Positions 10,329 to 19,050 of a stretch of 64,000 nucleotides of DNA are shown here, piece by piece. Made by a program: the position numbers and the translations under genes. The notes under the pieces are model-generated. The model was not told the DNA's origin. It saw only the letters and a list, made by a program, of their open reading frames with translations, and did no database searches. Numbering within the stretch: the first letter of the stretch is position 1; every line of letters begins with the position of its first letter. This DNA is from Nocardia sp. (GTDB taxonomy: Bacteria > Actinomycetota > Actinomycetes > Mycobacteriales > Mycobacteriaceae). The stretch is from NCBI RefSeq assembly GCF_025465275.1, contig NZ_JAODNK010000049.1:61642-125641 (forward strand). Reading direction: 5' to 3'.

Positions 10329-10898
10329 GTGGGCGACGCATTGAAGGTTGGCGAAGAACTCGGTCTCGGACAGTCGCTCAAGGGCGGCGCTTATTCCCTG
10401 ACTCTGCAAGATGATGGCAACCTCGTGTTGTCGGACCCCAGCGGCAAGGTCGAGTGGGCCTCTGGCACCAACGGCAAGGGTGTCACCCGCGCCGCGCTGC
10501 AGGCCGACGGCAACTTCGTCCTGTACAAGGAAGACGGCGGCGCCGAGTGGTCCACCAGCACCGACGGCAAGGGCGTCGAGCGCCTCGTCGTCCAGCCGGA
10601 CCGCAATGTTGTGCTGTACGGCTCTGACGGCAGCGGCGTCTGGTCGACCGGCACCAATACCGACAGCCCGATCCAGGCCGAGACCGAGACGGTCGCCGCC
10701 GCGATCGACGAGCCCGCGCCGGCTCCGGTCGAGGCTCCGCCGGCCGCGCAGACCTACACGGTCGAGCCGGGCGACACCCTGTGGGCCGTTGCCGAGCGCT
10801 TCTACGGCGACGGCAACCGCTACCAGGAGATCGCCAACGCCAGCGGTATCTCCAACCCCGACGCCATCGACGTCGGCCAGGTCCTGACCATCCCGTAA
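10329..10898 (+). CDS. Bulb-type (GNA-like) mannose-binding lectin + LysM domain protein
   Basis: Three QxDxNxVxY-like motifs (QDDGNLVLS, QADGNFVLY, QPDRNVVLY), C-terminal YTVEPGDTLW...GQVLTIP LysM; GAAAGGA RBS before GTG 10329. Confidence 0.9.
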   Translation: MGDALKVGEELGLGQSLKGGAYSLTLQDDGNLVLSDPSGKVEWASGTNGKGVTRAALQADGNFVLYKEDGGAEWSTSTDGKGVERLVVQPDRNVVLYGSDGSGVWSTGTNTDSPIQAETETVAAAIDEPAPAPVEAPPAAQTYTVEPGDTLWAVAERFYGDGNRYQEIANASGISNPDAIDVGQVLTIP

Positions 10899-10925
10899 AT
10901 CGCGGATGCGTCACACCAACTGAAT

Positions 10926-10960
10926 GCGAGTCCCCGAGTGCGATGCACTCGGGGACTCGC
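10926..10960. repeat. Perfect 16-bp stem hairpin
   Basis: gcgagtccccgagtgc-gat-gcactcggggactcgc. Confidence 0.85.
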
Positions 10961-11062
10961 TGATTCCGGGAGAAACAACTCTCGCCCCCGAACCCCGAAC
11001 CCCGAACCTGCTGGGTCTCGCGCCCTGAAGTCCTCGGGGGCCTTGGCTTGCTTCCCGCATAC

Positions 11063-11096
11063 AAGCGCCCCAGATGCGAAAGCATCTGGGGCGCTT
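11063..11096 (-). terminator. Terminator-like hairpin after rpsR
   Basis: aagcgccccagatgc-gaaa-gcatctggggcgctt, 15-bp stem. Confidence 0.75.
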
Positions 11097-11125
11097 CAAT
11101 TTTCGTCCAGTGGACGGGCCGGTAG

Positions 11126-11380
11126 CTACCGGCTCGTGAACGGCAGCAATGCCATTTCGCGGGCGTTCTTCACCGCGATGGCGACCTGGCGCTGCTGCTG
11201 TGGGGTCAGGCCGGTCACGCGGCGGCTGCGGATCTTGCCGCGGTCGGAGATGAACGTGCGAAGCAGGTTCACGTCTTTGTAGTCGACGATTTCGATACCG
11301 GCCGCGATGAGGGGGTTCTTCTTGGGCTTGCGGCCCGCTTCGGCCCGGACCTTCTTCGACGGTGCTCGCTTCACTGCCAT
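11126..11380 (-). CDS. rpsR: 30S ribosomal protein S18 (Cys-free form)
   Basis: [27 protein letters not shown]; no Cys. Confidence 0.97.
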   Translation of the reverse strand: MAVKRAPSKKVRAEAGRKPKKNPLIAAGIEIVDYKDVNLLRTFISDRGKIRSRRVTGLTPQQQRQVAIAVKNAREMALLPFTSR

Positions 11381-11415
11381 GTCAGCGGTTCCTTACTCAC
11401 GAGATCTGTGGATGG

Positions 11416-11721
11416 TTACCAGCTCGATTTGTGTACACCGGGCAATTCCCCGCGGTGAGCCATCTCGCGTACGCGTATTCGTGAGAGGCCGAACTTCCGG
11501 AGATGACCACGGGGGCGACCGTCCGTGGCGTCCCGATTGCGCAATCGTACCGGACTGGCATCCCGCGGCTGCCGGGCCAGGGCGGCCTGTGCGGTGGCCC
11601 GATCCTCCGCTGAGCTGGTGGGTTTGCGGATGATCTCCTTCAGTTCCGCGCGCCGCTCGGCGTAGCGGGCGACAATCTCTTTGCGCTCTTCGTTTTTGGC
11701 GATCTTCGATTTCTTGGCCAT
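11416..11721 (-). CDS. rpsN: 30S ribosomal protein S14 (101-aa Zn-independent form)
   Basis: [10 protein letters not shown]...[14 protein letters not shown]...GLSRIRVRE...KSSW; no CxxC. Confidence 0.97.
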   Translation of the reverse strand: MAKKSKIAKNEERKEIVARYAERRAELKEIIRKPTSSAEDRATAQAALARQPRDASPVRLRNRDATDGRPRGHLRKFGLSRIRVREMAHRGELPGVHKSSW

Positions 11722-11722
11722 G

Positions 11723-11893
11723 TCACCGGCCCTCGCGGAATTCGACGTGCTTACGGACGACGGGGTCGTACTTGCGCAGCGTCATGCGGTCCGGGTTGTT
11801 GCGCCGGTTCTTGCGGGTGACGTAGGTGTACCCGGTCCCCGCGGTGGATACGAGTTTGACGATCGGCCGGAGTTCGGTCGATTTCGATGCCAT
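11723..11893 (-). CDS. rpmG: 50S ribosomal protein L33 (Zn-independent)
   Basis: Hand translation [56 protein letters not shown] (56 aa, below the ORF-track cutoff). Confidence 0.97.
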   Translation of the reverse strand: MASKSTELRPIVKLVSTAGTGYTYVTRKNRRNNPDRMTLRKYDPVVRKHVEFREGR

Positions 11894-11903
11894 CGGTGTC
11901 TCC

Positions 11904-12140
11904 TCAGATCTTCTGGCCGCGAGCCCGCAGCCGGGCTACGACCGCCTCGATGCCGTCGCGGTCGATGGTTTTGATGCCCTTGGCGGAGACGTTGAGCGTG
12001 ATGCGGCGGCCTTCGCTGGGCAGGTAGTAGGTCTTGCGCTGGATATTGGGGTCCCAGCGCCGGTTGGTCCGGGTGTGTGAGTGCGACACGGACTTGCCGA
12101 ACCCCGGCTTGCGACCGGTGACCTGGCAGATGGCCGACAT
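11904..12140 (-). CDS. rpmB: 50S ribosomal protein L28 (single-Cys form)
   Basis: [34 protein letters not shown]. Confidence 0.97.
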   Translation of the reverse strand: MSAICQVTGRKPGFGKSVSHSHTRTNRRWDPNIQRKTYYLPSEGRRITLNVSAKGIKTIDRDGIEAVVARLRARGQKI

Positions 12141-12159
12141 GGACGCCCCTTTCTGATGA

Positions 12160-12174
12160 TGACAATCGTTTTCG
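12160..12174. promoter_or_regulatory. Putative Zur box (rpmB side)
   Basis: TGACAAT-C-GTTTTCG versus the 7-1-7 consensus TGAAAAT-N-ATTTTCA. Confidence 0.65.
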
Positions 12175-12214
12175 ACAACGGGTTTATTCCAATGTACGCT
12201 GGGCCCTCGGTAAA

Positions 12215-12229
12215 TGAAAATCATTGTCG
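12215..12229. promoter_or_regulatory. Putative Zur box (mrf side)
   Basis: TGAAAAT-C-ATTGTCG immediately before the RBS. Confidence 0.7.
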
Positions 12230-12241
12230 AAAGGGGTACCG

Positions 12242-13555
12242 GTGCCATCTCCCACACCCGTGCTGGTCATTGCGGGACTCCCCGGCCGGGCCACGGACGG
12301 CGTGCGGCATGCGGCCCGCCGGCTGGGCGCGGAGCCCGGCACCGTCGTGGTCCGTCACGATCTGACCGAACTGCGCGAAGGCGTGGTGCGCCGCACGGTG
12401 TGCCACAGCGGTCGTGAGGAGGTGACCGTGCTGGAGCTCGCACATGGCTGCGTCTCCTGCACGCTGCGCGCCGATCTGCTGCCCTACCTGTGCCTGCTCG
12501 CGCAGCGGGATTCGGTGCGGCGCATAGTGCTTGCGCTGGATCCGGCCTTCGAGGCCGAAGCCGTCTGCCAGGCCATTCGCGATGTGGTGGTCACCGGCGT
12601 GGCCGGCCGGGTCGACGGACCGGCCGCGCGCAATGTGCGTATCGAAGCCGTGCTCACCTGCCTGGACGCCCGCGACTGGCTCGCCGACGCCACCGGTGAC
12701 GAAACCCTCGCCGAGCGCGGCCATGCCACCGTCGACGACGATCGCACCATGGCTCAGCTGGCGGTCGGCCAGGTCGAATTCGCCGATGCCCTACTGGGTT
12801 TCGACGGCGGTGCGGATCCGGGCGAGCGCCTGCGGACGGCCGCGGTACTGGCCCGCCTGGCGCCCGGCGCACCCATCGCCTGGCTGGATGAGCCCGCATC
12901 GCTCGGCGTGCACGCGCCCTCCGAAATGCTGCGTGCCGACGCGCTTTTCGGCCTGCTCGACCGGATCCCGTCGGATGCGCGCCGGGGCGCGGGCTTCGAT
13001 CCACACACTTCCCTGCTGCGCGGCCAACCGCCGCTGGAGCCGGATTGCGGTGTGGCACTGCTGGAATTCGACACCGACCGCCCCTTCCATCCCGACCGCC
13101 TGCACTCGGCCATCGATGTGCTGCTGGACGGTGTGGTGAGCGCCCGCGGCCGCGTCTGGCTGGCCACCCAGCCCGACGATGTGGTGTGGCTGGAGTCGGC
13201 GGGCGGCGGCCTGCGGGTCGGCGGCGCCGGAAAGTGGCTGGCCGCCATGACTTCCGGGGAACGCGCCGAGGTCGATCCCGAACGCGATCTCATGGCCGCA
13301 CTGCGCTGGAACGAGCATTTCGGCGACCGGCACACCTCGCTGGTGATCCTGGTCCACGAGGCCGATGCCGAGGAGATCCGCCATGCCCTGCACTGGGCAC
13401 TGGTGGACGACGACGAACTGCGGCAGGTGCGTTTCGCGCCGGACCGCGTCGCCGGCTGGCCGGACCCGTTCGGGGAACAGCACGAGGAGCCTTGCGACAC
13501 AACCCGATCCACGCCGGTGACCGGCGACGGCGGTTCCCGCCAGAACGAAAGGTGA
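12242..13555 (+). CDS. mrf: CobW/COG0523-family protein, Mrf-like (ribosome hibernation factor recruiting)
   Basis: [10 protein letters not shown] metal motif, GQVEFAD, CobW_C region RPFHPDRL...[10 protein letters not shown]; upstream of rpmE2. Confidence 0.8.
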   Translation: MPSPTPVLVIAGLPGRATDGVRHAARRLGAEPGTVVVRHDLTELREGVVRRTVCHSGREEVTVLELAHGCVSCTLRADLLPYLCLLAQRDSVRRIVLALDPAFEAEAVCQAIRDVVVTGVAGRVDGPAARNVRIEAVLTCLDARDWLADATGDETLAERGHATVDDDRTMAQLAVGQVEFADALLGFDGGADPGERLRTAAVLARLAPGAPIAWLDEPASLGVHAPSEMLRADALFGLLDRIPSDARRGAGFDPHTSLLRGQPPLEPDCGVALLEFDTDRPFHPDRLHSAIDVLLDGVVSARGRVWLATQPDDVVWLESAGGGLRVGGAGKWLAAMTSGERAEVDPERDLMAALRWNEHFGDRHTSLVILVHEADAEEIRHALHWALVDDDELRQVRFAPDRVAGWPDPFGEQHEEPCDTTRSTPVTGDGGSRQNER

Positions 13556-13559
13556 TGCG

Positions 13560-13844
13560 ATGAAACAGGGAATCCACCCCGATTACCATCCGGTGGTCTT
13601 CGAGGACGCGAGTACCGGAAAGCGTTTCCTCACCCACTCGACCGCGACCTCCGACCGGTCGGTGGAATGGGAGGACGGCAATTCTTATCCGCACATGATC
13701 GTCGATGTGACTTCCGATTCGCATCCGTTCTGGACGGGTTCACAGCGAGCCCTCGATACGGCGGGCCGCGTGGAGAAGTTCGAACGCCGATACGGCAAAC
13801 GCATACGCGGCGAAAGTAATTCGACCGCAGGACAGGAGAACTGA
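13560..13844 (+). CDS. rpmE2: 50S ribosomal protein L31 type B
   Basis: [16 protein letters not shown]...[12 protein letters not shown]...[11 protein letters not shown]. Confidence 0.97.
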   Translation: MKQGIHPDYHPVVFEDASTGKRFLTHSTATSDRSVEWEDGNSYPHMIVDVTSDSHPFWTGSQRALDTAGRVEKFERRYGKRIRGESNSTAGQEN

Positions 13845-13845
13845 T

Positions 13846-14019
13846 ATGGCTGTTCCGAAGCGGCGGATGTCGCGTTCGAATACCCGTAGTCGCCGTGCAC
13901 AATGGAAGGCCACTCCGCCCGATCTTGTTCCGGTCACGGTGGCCGGCGTAGTGCATCGCGTACCGCGCAAACTGGTGCGCGCGGTGCAGCGCGGATTGAT
14001 CGATCTCGACAAGCTCTGA
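13846..14019 (+). CDS. rpmF: 50S ribosomal protein L32 (Cys-free)
   Basis: Hand translation [57 protein letters not shown] (57 aa). Confidence 0.96.
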   Translation: MAVPKRRMSRSNTRSRRAQWKATPPDLVPVTVAGVVHRVPRKLVRAVQRGLIDLDKL

Positions 14020-14039
14020 GTGGTCCCGCGCAGGGACAA

Positions 14040-14083
14040 CGCGGAGGCGCCGGGTGTTCTCGCGAACATCCGGCGCCTCTGCG
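14040..14083. terminator. Bidirectional hairpin
   Basis: cgcggaggcgccgggtgttc-tcgc-gaacatccggcgcctctgcg between convergent genes. Confidence 0.75.
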
Positions 14084-14090
14084 GCAGGGG

Positions 14091-14315
14091 TCAGCCTTCC
14101 TTGGCTGCCAGGTCCGCGAGGGTGGCGGCGAGCCGGAAGTACTTGTTCTTGGCCAGGTCGGCGATGGTCTTCACACCGAGGGCCTCGAGCAGTTGAACGT
14201 CGTGCTTCTCGGTGAGTCCGGCCAGCGCCGACGGCGGGGCCGCGAGGATCTCCGCGAGGGTCTTGCTTTCGTACGCCTTGTCGAGAGCTTTGTCGAGTAC
14301 CACGTTGACGGCCAC
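14091..14315 (-). CDS. Small (74 aa) helical hypothetical protein
   Basis: AGGAGG RBS 5 nt before GTG; LDKAYESKTLAEILAAPPSALAGL...LGVKTIADLAKNKYF; GC3-rich codons. Confidence 0.75.
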   Translation of the reverse strand: MAVNVVLDKALDKAYESKTLAEILAAPPSALAGLTEKHDVQLLEALGVKTIADLAKNKYFRLAATLADLAAKEG

Positions 14316-14495
14316 TTGAGCCTCCTTCGATAGAGCACGTTCGGACCCAGCCGACGATAGTGGGAATGTCGCTGCGCCACCATAGATCTGCTCATGTGTT
14401 GCGCGGGGGCAGCTTGCCTGCCTTTGTGCGGTGGGTCGAAAAAGTCTTCTCAAAGTTGTGAATTCGTGCTGTTGCGGCGGTATCCTCGTGGCCGA

Positions 14496-14529
14496 GGGCG
14501 GGTTCTTCTGACAACAGAAGAACCCGCTC
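14496..14529 (-). terminator. Hairpin downstream of the DUF1906 gene
   Basis: gggcgggttcttctg-acaa-cagaagaacccgctc. Confidence 0.65.
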
Positions 14530-14584
14530 ATCGCCACTTTCCGGGGAGTTCACGCGCATTGCCTGCCGGAGAAATTCCGACAAA

Positions 14585-15598
14585 TCAACCAATTCGGTTG
14601 TCCACTGTGGCAACAGGACTGGCCGCTGTGGTGGTTTGTCCGTTCTTGGGGCTTTCGCCCCATCCGGGCAGCGGCAGTGCCGGCAGCAGCTGTTCCAGTC
14701 GCGCCAGTTGATCCGCGACGGCCATGGCGGGCCCCTCGATGAGCGAGAGCGGGAAAGGCCAATGGCTACCGCCGGACAGCCGAACCACCTCACTGCTCAG
14801 CTCGTGGGTCGTCGCCTCCAGATCGCTGATCTCCGTGCGCAGTTCGTCGATCTTGGCGAGTGCGGCGGCCAGACCGTCCACCACGGTCTTGTGCCGGCCG
14901 GCCGGATCGTCACCGAGTTGCGGCCAGCCGGTCAGTCCGGGGCCGCGCAGCTGGGTTTGGATATCACGCAGTATTTGGTCCTGTTCGGGCGTCAAGTCCT
15001 GTTCCTCCGGTTCGAAGTCCCATTGGCCGAAATCCATGTGGTCGGTTTCGTTCACATCGCACTGCACGTCGGCGACCGTGACCTGCGCCCCGGTCTGCAG
15101 CAGCTGCGCACGTGGCTCCCGATTGCTGCCCGACCACGCCACCGTCTGCCAGGCCCAGGCCGCCGCCCCGGCGTCGAGTGCCCGGCTCACCGGCCAATAC
15201 CCACCGTAGATACCGACATTCGCGGGCCCCAGCACGGTGGCGGCGCCCTGGAGATAGGCATTGATGGCGGCCTGCTGCGACGGCGAGGCGTCGAAGTCCG
15301 CGGAGAAGTAGATGGGCCGATCCGGCCGCCCGCCGCAGCGCAACACCACGGCCAGCCCGGCGCGCGCATCGGTGACACCCGCGCCGAAACCATCGAGCAT
15401 GCGTGCGGCGGTGGTCTCCCAGTTGGCCACGATCGACACCTGGTTCGCGCGTAGATCGTCGGCCTCGGCGGGCATGAGCAGCTTGCCCGGCAGGGTGGGT
15501 CCGCCATCGGAGAGATAGCGGATGACGAAATCGAAACCGGCCGCCCGGATGGCGCTCGCGGGGGGCCGACCTGCGGCGTAATCCAGCCCGAAACGCAT
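14585..15598 (-). CDS. DUF1906 (Rv2525c-like) glycoside hydrolase with actinophage LysA-type C-terminal motif
   Basis: GLDYAAG...VIRYLS...NWE...PIYFSADFD...GIYGG...WAWQT..WS catalytic region, then QLRGPGLTGWPQLG...KTVVD. Confidence 0.75.
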   Translation of the reverse strand: MRFGLDYAAGRPPASAIRAAGFDFVIRYLSDGGPTLPGKLLMPAEADDLRANQVSIVANWETTAARMLDGFGAGVTDARAGLAVVLRCGGRPDRPIYFSADFDASPSQQAAINAYLQGAATVLGPANVGIYGGYWPVSRALDAGAAAWAWQTVAWSGSNREPRAQLLQTGAQVTVADVQCDVNETDHMDFGQWDFEPEEQDLTPEQDQILRDIQTQLRGPGLTGWPQLGDDPAGRHKTVVDGLAAALAKIDELRTEISDLEATTHELSSEVVRLSGGSHWPFPLSLIEGPAMAVADQLARLEQLLPALPLPGWGESPKNGQTTTAASPVATVDNRIG

Positions 15599-15791
15599 GA
15601 CAGTCACTGTAATTCGCGGGACATGCCGTGGGTGCCGCATTCCCGAAGTCGGGGGTCATCGACCGGCCGAACTCTCTGAATTTGTCGAGACGGAGTGGTT
15701 GACTGGGTGCGGTTGTGTGAGCGGCGTCACGTCAGCCTTTTCGTTTGCACTTACAAATGTCTTTGCATTACTTCAGAAACGGAGATAACCG

Positions 15792-16598
15792 ATGCCTGTT
15801 CGCAACGAGGCGTGGCCCCCGGGTACACCGTGCTGGGTCGACTGCCAGGTCGACGATCCGGCCAAGGCCGGTGAGTTCTACGCGGAACTGTTCGGCTGGG
15901 ACGTACACGGCGGCGGGGAAGACACCGGGGGATATCTGATGGCCCTGCGGAAGGGGCAGGCCATCGCGGGCGTCGGCCCGAAACCCGAAGCGGGCGTGCC
16001 CTCGGTATGGACCACCTACTTCGCGGTCGAGGACGCCGATGCCAGTGCGGCGCGCGTCACCGCCGCGGGCGGGCGAATGCTGGTGCCGCCCTTCGACGTC
16101 ATGGAATTCGGCCGCATGTTCGTCGCCGCCGACGTCTCCGGCGCACCCTTCGCGGTGTGGGAGGCGCAGGCGCACAATGGCGCGGCCGTGCACAACGAGC
16201 ACGGAGCCTACGTCTGGAACGATCTGCACACCGGCGACTACGAGGCCGCGAAGACGTTCTACTCCAGTGTCTTCGGCTTCAGCGTCACCGAATTCGACGA
16301 TGCGGCAATGCGTTACGGCACGCTGGTGCCGCCCGGGGCCGTCGCGCCGGTCGCCGGCATCAATGACGACACCGTCAACGGCGCCGCACCCGAGCAGCCG
16401 TACTGGCTCACCTGGTTCCAGTTCGACGGACTCGACGAGGGCTTGCGCCGCGCCGAGGAGCTGGGCGCGACCGTGCTTCTGCCCGCCCAGGACGGACCGT
16501 TCGGCCACATGGCGATTCTGGCCGCGCCGCAGGGAGAGTTGTTCGCACTGCTCGACCCGAACAAGACGGTGGGGGAGACGTCCGCTCCGGAGGGCTGA
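15792..16598 (+). CDS. VOC/glyoxalase family two-domain protein (CFP32-like)
   Basis: PGTPCWVD, FYAELFGW, WTTYFAVED, DVMEFGRM, FYSSVFG, QGELFALL. Confidence 0.9.
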   Translation: MPVRNEAWPPGTPCWVDCQVDDPAKAGEFYAELFGWDVHGGGEDTGGYLMALRKGQAIAGVGPKPEAGVPSVWTTYFAVEDADASAARVTAAGGRMLVPPFDVMEFGRMFVAADVSGAPFAVWEAQAHNGAAVHNEHGAYVWNDLHTGDYEAAKTFYSSVFGFSVTEFDDAAMRYGTLVPPGAVAPVAGINDDTVNGAAPEQPYWLTWFQFDGLDEGLRRAEELGATVLLPAQDGPFGHMAILAAPQGELFALLDPNKTVGETSAPEG

Positions 16599-16619
16599 AC
16601 CGCGCGGGGCCGCATACGC

Positions 16620-16668
16620 CTCGGGCCGGATCACCTCGTCGGAACGACGGCAGATGATCCGGCCCGAG
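16620..16668. terminator. Hairpin between convergent VOC and MHYT genes
   Basis: ctcgggccggatca...tgatccggcccgag, 14-bp stem. Confidence 0.7.
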
Positions 16669-16686
16669 AGACGGTAGTGGTCGGCG

Positions 16687-17505
16687 TCAGCGCGCGGACA
16701 CCTTGGTGCGACCGCTCTTTCGTGACGAGACCGCCAGCGAGGCGCTGTGCGCCAGATCGATATCGGCCGTGATCGGCGCCTGCCGGGCTTCCCGCCGGTC
16801 CGGCGCGACGAGGATCGCGGTGATCGGAACGGCAAGCGACAGTGAGCCGATGATGAAGAACGGCACGAAGAAGTTGAAGAGGTCGTCACCCTTCGGCAGC
16901 GACGCGGTCGGATCCACGTGTACCTGCAATCCGGTGAGTCCGGCGTAGTGCATGCCGGTCACCAGAATGGCGTAGGCCAGCGACCCTGCCATGAGCACCG
17001 GCACCGACTTCGCCCACAGGCTGAACCACAGCAGCAGCGCCGACAGCAGTGCCGCGATCACGTACACCGCGACCACCGACACCAGGCTGCGGTCGGTGGT
17101 GCCCTGCACGCGCACCGCCGAAAGCAGCAGCAGGTGAACCGATCCCAGTCCGCCCGCCGTGACCAGCGAGGCGGCTGTCAGTCGCCACCAGTTCAGGACC
17201 TTGCCCGCGATCACCAGGCCCGCGAACACCGTCAAACCCGACAGCGCCGAGAACAGCGTGGTCAGCAGGCTGTCATAGCGGACTTGGCTGCCCTTCACGC
17301 TGAAGCCGAGCATCGATACGAACACCGGCATGGCCATGCCGACGCCGCCGATGGAACTGGCGGCCACGAACAGCCACAGCAACCGGAATCGGAGCGTGAC
17401 CGATTTGGTGGACTGGCGAATACACGCCAGCCCACACGACGCACCGGCCACCGACACGATCAGTGCCAAGCCGATGACCCAGTAGCCCATTGAGAAATAG
17501 ATCAC
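16687..17505 (-). CDS. Stand-alone MHYT-domain membrane protein (degenerate motifs)
   Basis: About 7 TM segments, VRYD..TT..S motif, one intact GMHYAG repeat. Confidence 0.8.
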   Translation of the reverse strand: MIYFSMGYWVIGLALIVSVAGASCGLACIRQSTKSVTLRFRLLWLFVAASSIGGVGMAMPVFVSMLGFSVKGSQVRYDSLLTTLFSALSGLTVFAGLVIAGKVLNWWRLTAASLVTAGGLGSVHLLLLSAVRVQGTTDRSLVSVVAVYVIAALLSALLLWFSLWAKSVPVLMAGSLAYAILVTGMHYAGLTGLQVHVDPTASLPKGDDLFNFFVPFFIIGSLSLAVPITAILVAPDRREARQAPITADIDLAHSASLAVSSRKSGRTKVSAR

Positions 17506-17554
17506 CCGGAAACCCCTGCCTACCTACGTAATCTCCAGCTGCGAGCGTGAATGT

Positions 17555-18274
17555 CTAGCTGCGGCGCGCTGTTTCGCGCTGTGCGTTCATCAGCCGTTCG
17601 ATCGCGTACTCGGTGACCGCCGCCAGTGTCCGCCGGACCTCACCCGCGTCCCGCGCGTCGATGTCGACAATCGGCACCCCCTCGCGCACGCTGAGGGCCT
17701 CTCGCAGTTCGGCGACCGGGAAGCGCGGCGCGTTCGGAAAGCGGTTCACCGCAATGAGGAACGGCAGCGACTTGGCCTCGAAGAAATCGACCGCGGCGAA
17801 GCTGTCCTCGATGCGACGGGTGTCGACCAGCACCACCGCGCCGATGGCGCCCTTGATGAGGTCGTCCCACATGAACCAGAACCGGCGCTGGCCGGGCGTG
17901 CCGAAGAGGTACAGCACCATATTGCCGGGCAGGATGATGCGCCCGAAATCCATGGCCACCGTGGTGGTTTCCTTGCCCGGCGTGGCAGCGAGGTCGTCGA
18001 CCCCGTCCGACATGGCGGTCACCATGGCCTCGGTGCGCAGTGGCACGATCTCCGAGACCGCGCCGACGAAGGTGGTCTTGCCGGCGCCGAAGCCGCCCGC
18101 CACCACGATCTTGGTGGAGGCGACGGTCCGGAACTCCTCGCCCGGACGGGGCGGGTACTGCTGCTGCGCTACACCCGGATTCGCGAACTGCTGGCCGGGA
18201 TACTGGGGCCCGCCGTTGGGGTACTGCGGCGCACCCCCGTTGTAGCTCCCGCCGTCAAAGGGCGCGGAGTCCAT
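17555..18274 (-). CDS. Conservon small GTPase (CvnD / MglA-like)
   Basis: KIVVAGGFGAGKTT, TTVAMDFG, LFGTPGQ.RF, AVNRF. Confidence 0.93.
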   Translation of the reverse strand: MDSAPFDGGSYNGGAPQYPNGGPQYPGQQFANPGVAQQQYPPRPGEEFRTVASTKIVVAGGFGAGKTTFVGAVSEIVPLRTEAMVTAMSDGVDDLAATPGKETTTVAMDFGRIILPGNMVLYLFGTPGQRRFWFMWDDLIKGAIGAVVLVDTRRIEDSFAAVDFFEAKSLPFLIAVNRFPNAPRFPVAELREALSVREGVPIVDIDARDAGEVRRTLAAVTEYAIERLMNAQRETARRS

Positions 18275-18632
18275 GCAGGGTCCTCTCCATCAAAGAGCGG
18301 CGCTCGTCGAAAGTCGCCTGATCGCTCAGAGTCGAATGCACGCGGAGGGTCCCGGCGACGACGAGATCACCGATCACCACCCGGACCATGCCCAGAGGTC
18401 GCTGCAGGTGCGCCGCGATCTCGGCGACCGACAGCCGGGCAGTGCCCAGCCGCAGGATCTCGGTGCGGATATCACCCGCGGGCCAGTCGAAATGAGCGGT
18501 GTAGGAAAGTGTTTCGACGACCGCCTCGAGCGGCAGATCAACTGCCGGCTCGGTGCGGCCGGAGGTCAACGCATAGGGCCGGACACGGCTGGTGGGCCGA
18601 GTGCCTCCGACTCCTCCGTTCGGAGTTGTCAT
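18255..18632 (-). CDS. DUF742 protein (CvnC)
   Basis: RVRPYALTSGRT, SVAEIAAHL..PLGMVRVVIGDL wHTH-like region. Confidence 0.92.
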   Translation of the reverse strand: MTTPNGGVGGTRPTSRVRPYALTSGRTEPAVDLPLEAVVETLSYTAHFDWPAGDIRTEILRLGTARLSVAEIAAHLQRPLGMVRVVIGDLVVAGTLRVHSTLSDQATFDERRSLMERTLHGLRAL

Positions 18633-18642
18633 CGGCGGCTCA

Positions 18643-19050
18643 TCAGGCAGTTCGGGCAGTGGCCTGCACCACCGACCCGACCCGGTCGACCAGCAGCGCC
18701 ATCTCGTAGCCGATTCGGCCGATGTCGTGCTGTTTATTGGCCAGCACCGCCAGGTGCGAGCCGTTGCCGACGGTCATGACGAGCAGGTAGCCGCGCTGCA
18801 TTTCGACGATGGACTGCATGACCTTGCCACCGTCGAAAAGCTGTGCCGCACCGGCCGAGAGGCTGGCCAGACCGGCGGTGACCGCGGCGAGCTGTTCGCC
18901 CCGATCGGCCGGCAGATGCGGACTGGTCGCCTGCATAAGTCCGTCGGCCGAAACCAGGACCGCATGCGAGACACCGGGCACTTCGCGGGTGAAGCGGGTG
19001 ACCAGCCAGTTCAGATTCTCATCGGTGGTGGTGCGCTGGGAGTCGGTCAT
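18643..19050 (-). CDS. Roadblock/LC7 protein (CvnB)
   Basis: [22 protein letters not shown]...[10 protein letters not shown]...GYEMALLV. Confidence 0.93.
   Translation of the reverse strand: MTDSQRTTTDENLNWLVTRFTREVPGVSHAVLVSADGLMQATSPHLPADRGEQLAAVTAGLASLSAGAAQLFDGGKVMQSIVEMQRGYLLVMTVGNGSHLAVLANKQHDIGRIGYEMALLVDRVGSVVQATARTA

Noticed and set aside
14091-16598. Prophage around the lysin-like gene
   Set aside because: No integrase, holin, capsid, tail or att-like sequence is visible; the neighbours are ordinary host genes.
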